A stretch of 14,933 nt of DNA from Nitrososphaeraceae archaeon (GTDB lineage Archaea > Thermoproteota > Nitrososphaeria > Nitrososphaerales > Nitrososphaeraceae), in assembly GCA_035297365.1 (NCBI GenBank), contig DATGZA010000085.1:1-14933 (forward strand), read 5' to 3'. The notes under the pieces are model-generated. The model did no database searches, was not told the DNA's origin, and was given only the letters and a program-made list of their open reading frames with translations. Each line of letters begins with the position of its first letter. Position 1 is the first letter of the stretch. Position numbers and translations under genes: made by a program. This document shows, in pieces, positions 8,087-14,933 of this stretch.

Positions 8087-9475
8087 GTGGATTTCTATTA
8101 TAGATATCCCGTGACCATTTCTTCATGTGATTATGAAAATAATATGAGCTTAGCAACGGATTTTTATGAATTAACTATGGCATCAGCATATTTCAATTCA
8201 GGTATGAAAGATACTATTGGGCAATTTGAAATGTATGTTAGAAAACTTCCAAATAATAGAAATTATTTGGTAGTATGCGGATTGGAACAAATAGTATCTT
8301 TCCTCAAGAATTACAAATTTAGTCAGACACAAATTGATTTTCTTAAAACTCAAAAATTATTTAAAAACGACAAGAACTTCTTGGATTATTTAGCAAATCT
8401 TAAATTTAGTGGAGACTTATGGGCGGTACCTGAAGGTACAATTCTCTTTCCAAACGAGCCATTTTTAAGAATCGAGGCTCCTATTATTCAGGCTCAATTA
8501 TTTGAAACATATGTTCTTTCTATGATGAATTTTCAAACATTAATTGCTTCAAAAGCGTCACGAATAGTAAATTCAGCTGGGGACAAAACTGTAATAGAAT
8601 TCGGTTTTCGAAGAGCACATAGTCCCTATGCAGCATTATTTGCAAGTAGAGCTAGTTATATCGCAGGTTGTAAAAGTACCTCAAATACTCTTGCTTCATT
8701 TCGTTATGGAATTCCAGCAGCCGGGACCATGGCACATTCATATATAATGAGTTTTGAAGAAGAAATAGAAGCATTCAAAAAGTTTGTGACTATCTTTCCA
8801 GATAGTTTTTTATTAATAGATACTTATGATTCGATAAACGCAATAAAAAAAATTATCAAAGATCGAGTAAAGTGTGGTGGTATACGAATTGACAGTGGAG
8901 ATTTATTTTATTTGTGTAGGAGGATTAGGAAAATTCTAGACAAATCCGGGTACAAAGACACAAAAATAATGGTGAGTGGAGATCTTAATGAATATACAAT
9001 CCAAAAATTGGTGAAGAAAAAAATTCCTATTGATTCCTTTGGTGTGGGTACTGAATTGGTAACATCTAGAGACGATCCCGCCTTGAACGGTGTTTATAAA
9101 TTAGTTGCTATCAAAAAATACTTGGATCAGGATAAACAAAAATATGAAATAATATATAAGATGAAAAAATCCTTAGACAAGATATCTTTTCCAGGACCCA
9201 AACAAATTTTTAGAATTATTAAAAACGACAAATTTTATAAAGATATTTTAGCTCTTGAATATGAAAAAATTGCTTATGGTATACCTCTTTTGAAACAATT
9301 TATTAAAGATGGTAATATAATGATAGATCTTCCTACGATTCTAGAAATTAAGAAATATTATGAATATCAGATGTCTATATTACCTAGAAAATTTAAAAGA
9401 CTTGAGCCTGAATTAAAGACGTTTCCAGTATGCCTAAGTAAGGAATTAAAAAATTCAATTGAATCTTTCAGCTAA
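8087..9475 (+). CDS. pncB: nicotinate phosphoribosyltransferase
   Basis: TDFYELTM, EFGFRRAH, GTMAHSY (phospho-His), LIDTYD, IRIDSGD, SGDLNE, FGVGTEL, VYKLV. The start could be GTG 8087, GTG 8111 or ATG 8144. Confidence 0.95.
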   Translation: MDFYYRYPVTISSCDYENNMSLATDFYELTMASAYFNSGMKDTIGQFEMYVRKLPNNRNYLVVCGLEQIVSFLKNYKFSQTQIDFLKTQKLFKNDKNFLDYLANLKFSGDLWAVPEGTILFPNEPFLRIEAPIIQAQLFETYVLSMMNFQTLIASKASRIVNSAGDKTVIEFGFRRAHSPYAALFASRASYIAGCKSTSNTLASFRYGIPAAGTMAHSYIMSFEEEIEAFKKFVTIFPDSFLLIDTYDSINAIKKIIKDRVKCGGIRIDSGDLFYLCRRIRKILDKSGYKDTKIMVSGDLNEYTIQKLVKKKIPIDSFGVGTELVTSRDDPALNGVYKLVAIKKYLDQDKQKYEIIYKMKKSLDKISFPGPKQIFRIIKNDKFYKDILALEYEKIAYGIPLLKQFIKDGNIMIDLPTILEIKKYYEYQMSILPRKFKRLEPELKTFPVCLSKELKNSIESFS

Positions 9476-9571
9476 CATCTTCTTTTTTTATTACGTTTAC
9501 TGTATTGGCTATCTATATAAAATAATAGATTAAACCATATAAATAGATCAAGTTCAATAACATACCCTGTT

Positions 9572-10165
9572 TTGAAAAGAATGGTAATCTTGGTGTTAGA
9601 TATGTTAAATGATTTTGTTTACGGAAAACTAAAATTTTCCAAAGTACAAAAAATAATACCTAACATCAAATTATTACTTAATTTTGCCAGACTACATGAT
9701 ATTCCTATAGTATATTGCAATGATTCTCATGTTCTATCCGACAGAGAATTAGGAATATGGGGTGCTCATGCAATGAAAGATACAAAAGGATCTGAAGTTA
9801 TAAATGATTTAAAACCACAAGATAATGATTATATAATTTTGAAAAATAGTTACAGCGCATTTTATAAAACTAATTTGCCAAATGTCCTTGATTCACTTTA
9901 CAAAGGAAAAGGTGTGGAATCAATAATCTTTACAGGAATTCATACTGATATATGTGTTAAACATTCCGTGTATGACGCATTTCTCACTGGATATGATATT
10001 ATAATAGCAGAGAATGGAGTTGCGGCCCCTTCTTTCCAAAAGCACAAATCTGGTCTGGATTATATGAAAAGCAATTATCTTGTTCAAGTTAAACAAATCG
10101 AAAAGATCCTTCAGGATCTGAGAAAGATCGTGAAAACTAAAAGGAGCCAAAATCCAATAAAATAA
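9572..10165 (+). CDS. pncA: isochorismatase-family cysteine hydrolase, probable nicotinamidase
   Basis: Catalytic triad D (VLDMLNDF), K (KNSYSAF), C (TGIHTDICV); metal ligands DSH and WGAH. It is adjacent to pncB. TATAAATA at 9538-9545 lies upstream of the TTG start. Confidence 0.8.
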   Translation: MKRMVILVLDMLNDFVYGKLKFSKVQKIIPNIKLLLNFARLHDIPIVYCNDSHVLSDRELGIWGAHAMKDTKGSEVINDLKPQDNDYIILKNSYSAFYKTNLPNVLDSLYKGKGVESIIFTGIHTDICVKHSVYDAFLTGYDIIIAENGVAAPSFQKHKSGLDYMKSNYLVQVKQIEKILQDLRKIVKTKRSQNPIK

Positions 10166-10405
10166 TATTAATATTATTCAATGATATGATATTCTTACCA
10201 ATCTTTTATTTTTCATTAAATAAAATCAAGTAATAAAAATCAATTTTAGAGATCTCCAGTAAAGCAAGATGAATTTTTATTTTTATTACGATTAAAACAT
10301 TTCCAAAATAATTACAAAATAATGGTTGATTGTTACGTTACAAAATTCAGTTAGACTTTAACTCAATGTTAATAACATTCTTACCGTAAATCTTTCTAAA
10401 TTCGA

Positions 10406-11383
10406 TTGTCTGCAGATAATGGATTATTTCAAAGATACTCAAAGAACCCTATACTGTTTCCTAAAATTGACAGCTGGTGGGAATCTAAAGCAGTATTCAA
10501 TTGTTCTACCCTATATGACGGAAGGAATGTAAATATGTTGTATCGTGCGATAGGAGAATATGATTATTATATTTCGAGAATAGGATACGCACAAAGTGTT
10601 GACGGTTATACATTTGAACGGAGGAAAAATCCTGTAATTGACATTACTGAAAATTATGAAAAATATGGTATTGAAGATCCAAGGATAACCATGATCGACG
10701 ATGATATTTTGATTACTTATGTTGTATTATCTGACTACGTAAAATTTAGACCAACAGTTTCTTCAGCTTTGGCAGTTACTAAAGATTTCTTGGAATTTTC
10801 AAAAATGGGTTTAATTAGTAATCCAGTCGAAAATAATAAAGATATAGTCTTTTTCCCAGAGAAATTTGCGGTAAAAAATTCTGGTTCTAAAAGAAAAGAA
10901 AATGTATATTTCTCTTTACGAAGACCCAGTCATTTTATTGGACCAGAATATGGTACTGATAAACCAAGTATTTGGTTATATAAAGGATCTACTTTGACGG
11001 AAATGAATGAGCATAAGGTGATTATAAAACCAGAACAAGATTGGGAAAATCTAAAAATCGGTGCAGGCCCCGCACCTATAAAGACAAAAAAAGGATGGCT
11101 ACTGATATATCATGGTGTAAGTCAGGAAAAGGTCTATAGGGCAGGTGCAGTAATATTGGATTTAAATGATCCGTCAAAAGTAACATATAGATGTAGCAGG
11201 CCTATTTTAGAACCATTTGAACCTTATGAGCGATTTGGTGACGTTAATAATGTCGTATTCCCAACGGGAACAGCAATTATCGATAACAATTTATTTCTGT
11301 ATTATGGAGGTGCAGACAAAGTGTGTTGTGTAGCTACAGTAGATTTGGACACTTTATTAGACTATATATCAGGTTCAAAGTAG
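10406..11383 (+). CDS. GH130 family glycosidase / beta-mannoside phosphorylase (PH1107-related)
   Basis: Five-bladed beta-propeller motifs NPIL, AVFNC, LYRA, EDPRIT, NKD, KIGAGPAPI, WLLIYHGV, YRAG, GDVNNVVFPTG, YYGGAD. Confidence 0.9.
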   Translation: MSADNGLFQRYSKNPILFPKIDSWWESKAVFNCSTLYDGRNVNMLYRAIGEYDYYISRIGYAQSVDGYTFERRKNPVIDITENYEKYGIEDPRITMIDDDILITYVVLSDYVKFRPTVSSALAVTKDFLEFSKMGLISNPVENNKDIVFFPEKFAVKNSGSKRKENVYFSLRRPSHFIGPEYGTDKPSIWLYKGSTLTEMNEHKVIIKPEQDWENLKIGAGPAPIKTKKGWLLIYHGVSQEKVYRAGAVILDLNDPSKVTYRCSRPILEPFEPYERFGDVNNVVFPTGTAIIDNNLFLYYGGADKVCCVATVDLDTLLDYISGSK

Positions 11384-11386
11384 ACC

Positions 11387-11433
11387 AAAAAAATTGTATA
11401 TTTTTTTTAAAATAATTATTTAATTGTTTTTTG
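11387..11433. terminator. probable bidirectional terminator region
   Basis: An A7 run and T8/T6 runs lie between the convergent GH130 and 128-aa genes. Confidence 0.35.
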
Positions 11434-11473
11434 TTCTATTCAAAACTATCAATAGATAATAAATAATACTGTG

Positions 11474-11860
11474 TTATAATCCAAATAGAACTTCTTCAAT
11501 CATAGGTTCAACATTGTCTTTATTTTGATCATTAGTTAATAAAAAACAAATGAATTCTTTTCTATGGTGGGTAAGGGGCAAAATAACTAATATTAATTTA
11601 CATGACTCGATAGTCGAATATGCTAATTCTCCGAATTGCCATACCTTTTCAAAATCACAACTTTTGATTAGTTCAAATATTTCAAGCGCCGGAGGGAATT
11701 CTTGGTTTATCTTAGAATCAAAGGTCAAGTCTTTAGCCATATTCCTAGTTCTACCAGTGATTAGCTTAGCATTTTTTTCTATTATCCCAACAAAATCTAA
11801 TTTTTTATTTGTGTTGAGCATTTGCAGACAAATTTGTTTCATGAAATTCCTTTGATTCAT
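11474..11860 (-). CDS. hypothetical protein, DUF6659-like / roadblock-profilin-like (thaumarchaeal family)
   Basis: Pattern ICLQMLNTNKKLDFVGIIEKNAKLITG...FGELAYSTIESCKLILVILPL resembles this small thaumarchaeal family (recognised from memory, not searched). TATA-like TTATAAT lies 27-33 nt upstream. Confidence 0.6.
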   Translation of the reverse strand: MNQRNFMKQICLQMLNTNKKLDFVGIIEKNAKLITGRTRNMAKDLTFDSKINQEFPPALEIFELIKSCDFEKVWQFGELAYSTIESCKLILVILPLTHHRKEFICFLLTNDQNKDNVEPMIEEVLFGL

Positions 11861-11886
11861 TCTAAATTCATTTAATTTTTTTCAAT

Positions 11887-11910
11887 ATTATAACTTGGTA
11901 TAATCCAAGT
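11887..11910 (-). promoter_or_regulatory. TATA box with abutting ACTTGG-N6-CCAAGT inverted repeat
   Basis: ACTTGG(11893-98) TATAAT CCAAGT(11905-10) lies directly upstream of minus-strand TTATAAT (11893-11887). Confidence 0.4.
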
Positions 11911-12311
11911 ATTATTTCCAGATTGTTTGTAGCAATTTGTATATGTGCATATTGGATTCCTAACTGACTTTATATTTAGGATCATCTTTTCAGTTTTGCA
12001 CATTTTTCTAATAGTAGAAATTAACGGTAACCTAAAAGTCTTTTGTATATTGTGCATTACACTGAAAATGAAGATTTAGGAGAATTAATAAAAATTTTTA
12101 ACAATGAAAATTCTTTCTAAATTGTAAAGTATTTTCTGAAAGGATATTATTTTGTACCCATATATTCTTTTTTCTTTATTTGAATGGTTTTTGAGAATAC
12201 AAAAAAATTCACTGAAATAATTATACTAAAAGATAGAATTATTAATTCTTCCCATATTACCAGTTAATTCAGATTATTGTTTTATTCAATATCTCAAATT
12301 ATAATGGTTTC

Positions 12312-13532
12312 CTAATTTGTTAGTATTTCATTATTGATATTTTTTCTTGTTTCAACACAGCTTTTATAAATATTTACATGTTGTGTCGCGATATCACGCC
12401 ATTTTAATTTTTCTTTAAACTTTATAACATTCGATAAATACATATCATAATTCCTGTCAATGACTTCTAGTCCCTTTGTAAATTCTTCCGGTTTTCCTTC
12501 TATTGTCATACCTAAATGTAAGTCTTCAAATTCTTTAAAGAAGCCTAGACTAGAAGCAAGGAATGGCAAATCATGTCCAAATCCATCAAACATTACTCCT
12601 GATCCAGAACTAACTCTATATGGCAAAAATACAATATCTGAAGCATAAAGTAATAATGACATCTGTTCCTCTGATAAATAATCCTTATTTAAATTCATTA
12701 TTCTATCTCTGTGTTTACTTTTATTGAAATCTAAGTTGTATTCCTGGCTGCTAAAATAATTTCTTGAATGATTTAGAACTACTGACCAATTTTTAGGAAT
12801 ATCTATTTTATTAATAATATCCCATCCCTTAGTGAAGGTAAAAAAACCTAAAGAAAGTGCTATTCTCCCATTCTCTGGCAAATGTAATTTTTTTCTAGCA
12901 AACTGTTTTGTTACCTTTTCAGGAATCGCTGGTTCAGAACCATGATAAATAACTTTACATCCTGGTATGAAATTGCATAAATAGTTGGAAAATACAATTC
13001 CTGCCTTGCTATGATTAAAAATTTGCTCGTTCAGACTGTTAAATGGCTTATAGTTTATTGATCTAAACCAATAATTTCTTAATTTCTTTATTTTCCATTT
13101 TATTTTTTCAAGATAACCTGTTCCTTGTAAATTGGGATCTAAATTCACCCATTCGTGAAAATCATATGCAGAGTGAAAAGTTGTCACTATTGGTTTGGGA
13201 CATTTTGAATAAAAAGAGTCTAACGAAGTAGTTATTTTACCCGGAAAAAGGGATCTAAGATTCAGTCCGTATAATCCATGTTCCATCTGAATATGTACTA
13301 TATCTGGCTGTAATTCATTTACAATCTTTAATAATAGATCTGAATTATTCTTGTTATATGGCCATAACCCTTTGTAATCTCCATTACCCTCTTCTCCTGA
13401 GACAACGTACGTATCGATACCTATTCCTTTCATTGCATTTACTAAACTGTATGTATACCTTCCAACGCCTCCTTTCATTGGTGGATATTCCGTCGACACC
13501 ATCAATAACTTTAAGTCACATTTTTCAGTCAT
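12312..13532 (-). CDS. glycosyltransferase family 4 (GT-B; mannosyltransferase-like subfamily)
   Basis: STEYPPMKGGVGRYT, PDIVHIQMEHGLYG, PIVTTFHS, IYHG, LGFFTFTKG, ASDIVFLPY...SGSGV. Confidence 0.9.
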   Translation of the reverse strand: MTEKCDLKLLMVSTEYPPMKGGVGRYTYSLVNAMKGIGIDTYVVSGEEGNGDYKGLWPYNKNNSDLLLKIVNELQPDIVHIQMEHGLYGLNLRSLFPGKITTSLDSFYSKCPKPIVTTFHSAYDFHEWVNLDPNLQGTGYLEKIKWKIKKLRNYWFRSINYKPFNSLNEQIFNHSKAGIVFSNYLCNFIPGCKVIYHGSEPAIPEKVTKQFARKKLHLPENGRIALSLGFFTFTKGWDIINKIDIPKNWSVVLNHSRNYFSSQEYNLDFNKSKHRDRIMNLNKDYLSEEQMSLLLYASDIVFLPYRVSSGSGVMFDGFGHDLPFLASSLGFFKEFEDLHLGMTIEGKPEEFTKGLEVIDRNYDMYLSNVIKFKEKLKWRDIATQHVNIYKSCVETRKNINNEILTN

Positions 13533-13816
13533 ATTATTTGGACCAAGTTTTTACATAATAAATATAATTTTTATTAGAAAACACAATTTTAATATACATA
13601 CTATATTTATAAACTTATAAGAAATTCCTTGCATATCATCTTGATTATTTTTAGAGGACTAAGAACTATGGCTACATCTAGTTTCTAGTATAATGCAGTG
13701 ACAATAGAAATCGATTAAATTTTTTATTTGATGACACTCCTGCATACGCTCGTTCAGGAAGCCAATATTTCTATAGATATCTATCTATCTCTTATATTTA
13801 GTCGTAAAATGACATG

Positions 13817-14248
13817 TCATTCAAATTTCACAAGGATATCTCCTTTTTTTACTAATTGGTCCTTGGATACATATATTTTCTCAATTACTCCTTTCAAATG
13901 AGATTTTATCTGATTCTCCATTTTCATAGCCTCAAGAACCAAAATAGTTTGATCCTTTTCTATACGATCATTAATATTAACAAGTAGATCTGTGATTTTT
14001 CCATTTATTGGAGCTCGTATTTCTTTTTCCAACCCGTAATTTGAAAAATCTTTTGATACAACATAACTTACTCCATTAATTATCATTAACGAAGGTTCAG
14101 TATCTTCTACAAAGTCCAAATAAAATGTATCATTACCTAATGTAATTTTATCTTTGTATCTTTTTAAATCAAAATTAATATTATTGACTGAAACCTTTTC
14201 ACCGACAATTTCGATATCATATTCATTATCATTAACTTTTACCTTCAA
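13817..14248 (-). CDS. biotin carboxyl carrier protein
   Basis: IRAPINGKI...VLEAMKMENQIKS...VKKGDILV biotinyl domain with the EAMKM motif. The TTG start directly abuts the upstream TAA. Confidence 0.93.
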   Translation of the reverse strand: MKVKVNDNEYDIEIVGEKVSVNNINFDLKRYKDKITLGNDTFYLDFVEDTEPSLMIINGVSYVVSKDFSNYGLEKEIRAPINGKITDLLVNINDRIEKDQTILVLEAMKMENQIKSHLKGVIEKIYVSKDQLVKKGDILVKFE

Positions 14249-14933
14249 TTACGTTGACCATCTCCAGTTATCACTTAAATAACTCATCTCATACAAATCC
14301 AATTTTCCTCGTATCCAAGCATCTCGGAATTCTTTACTTTTTATGAATTGAAGTTTCGTAGGTAGTAATGAGAATATTGCCGCAGCTATTTCACCATTTC
14401 TTGGTGAAAAGGGTTTCATTTTGTTGATAAATGATGTATCATATTTACCACTTAAAAATTCGTCATCGTTCATGGCAGATATATGAAAAGAAATGGTCGA
14501 CGGAATTCCTGATATTCTAAAGGATAGTAGAGATTTTTTCATCCTATCTATTGCCTCATCCCTGCAATGGCCAACACATACTAATTTGGCAATAAGAGAA
14601 TCATAGAACACAGGAATGGAGTATCCTTCATATAATGCAGTATCAACTCTTATACCTTCTCCGATAGGTGGAATAAATTGATCAATTTTACCTGGATAAG
14701 GAGCAAAAGTTATCGGATTTTCAGCGTTAATTCTGCATTCTATAGCATGTCCTTTCGGGTTTATATCATCTTGCTTTATGGTCAGTCCATCGCCAGAAGC
14801 TATGCGAATTTGTTGTTCAACAATGTCTACTCCTGTTACCTCCTCAGTTATGGGATGTTCTACTTGAATTCTAGCATTAATTTCCATAAAATAAAATCTT
14901 CCGTCTTTGTAGAGAAATTCTACCGTGCCTGCA
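14249..14933 (-). CDS. biotin carboxylase subunit of a biotin-dependent carboxylase, 5'-truncated by window edge
   Basis: The frame is open to the window edge: AGTVEFLYKDGRFYFMEINARIQVEHPITE, GHAIECRINAE, GIRVDT, YDSLIAKL. Confidence 0.95.
   Translation of the reverse strand, partial: AGTVEFLYKDGRFYFMEINARIQVEHPITEEVTGVDIVEQQIRIASGDGLTIKQDDINPKGHAIECRINAENPITFAPYPGKIDQFIPPIGEGIRVDTALYEGYSIPVFYDSLIAKLVCVGHCRDEAIDRMKKSLLSFRISGIPSTISFHISAMNDDEFLSGKYDTSFINKMKPFSPRNGEIAAAIFSLLPTKLQFIKSKEFRDAWIRGKLDLYEMSYLSDNWRWST

Noticed and set aside
11872-12057. 61-aa minus-strand ORF
   Set aside because: No recognisable motif; it overlaps the promoter of the 128-aa gene and a motif copy. Not supportable as a gene, though not excluded.
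297-13558. Shadow ORFs (297-539, 957-1160, 1512-1829, 4328-4621, 5280-5717, 6219-6428, 6295-6483, 7585-7968, 9920-10150, 11550-11855, 12460-12648, 13358-13558)
   Set aside because: They overlap better-supported genes on the opposite strand or in another frame and carry no family motifs.
13773-13784. Palindrome ATAGATATCTAT; similar ATCTAT-N8-ATAGAT at 9511-9530
   Set aside because: Low complexity, different spacing and no positional consistency.

Overview
AT-rich (roughly 30% GC by eye) archaeal window, most likely from an ammonia-oxidising archaeon of the Nitrososphaeraceae (Nitrosocosmicus-like). This is inferred from the gene families, frequent TTG starts and TATA boxes 22-34 nt upstream of start codons. 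Left to right it holds: the 3' end of a 4Fe-4S dicluster ferredoxin, a small membrane protein, a YyaL/SPATA20 thioredoxin-domain protein, a SnoaL/NTF2-like protein and a ribbon-helix-helix (RHH) regulator with a probable ligand-binding domain. Then come two CBS proteins, Hsp20, a winged-helix (wHTH)+CBS protein, the NAD salvage pair pncB and pncA, a GH130 enzyme, a DUF6659-like protein, a GT4 glycosyltransferase, and a BCCP plus partial biotin carboxylase. The strongest unexplained signal is a recurring palindromic element (TTGCAnTGCAA-like, core CAnTG, often paired at 10-11 bp). It sits 12-14 nt upstream of the TATA box in four separate promoters (SnoaL, CBS, hsp20, wHTH-CBS). This suggests a local stress or energy-limitation regulon whose gene content parallels the mycobacterial DosR dormancy regulon, with two candidate regulators encoded in the cluster. 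Other points are a perfect 42-bp tandem duplication, an apparently frameshifted wHTH N-terminus, and a biotin carboxylase/BCCP pair that may be a non-canonical paralogue. No rRNA, tRNA, CRISPR array or transposase was recognised.
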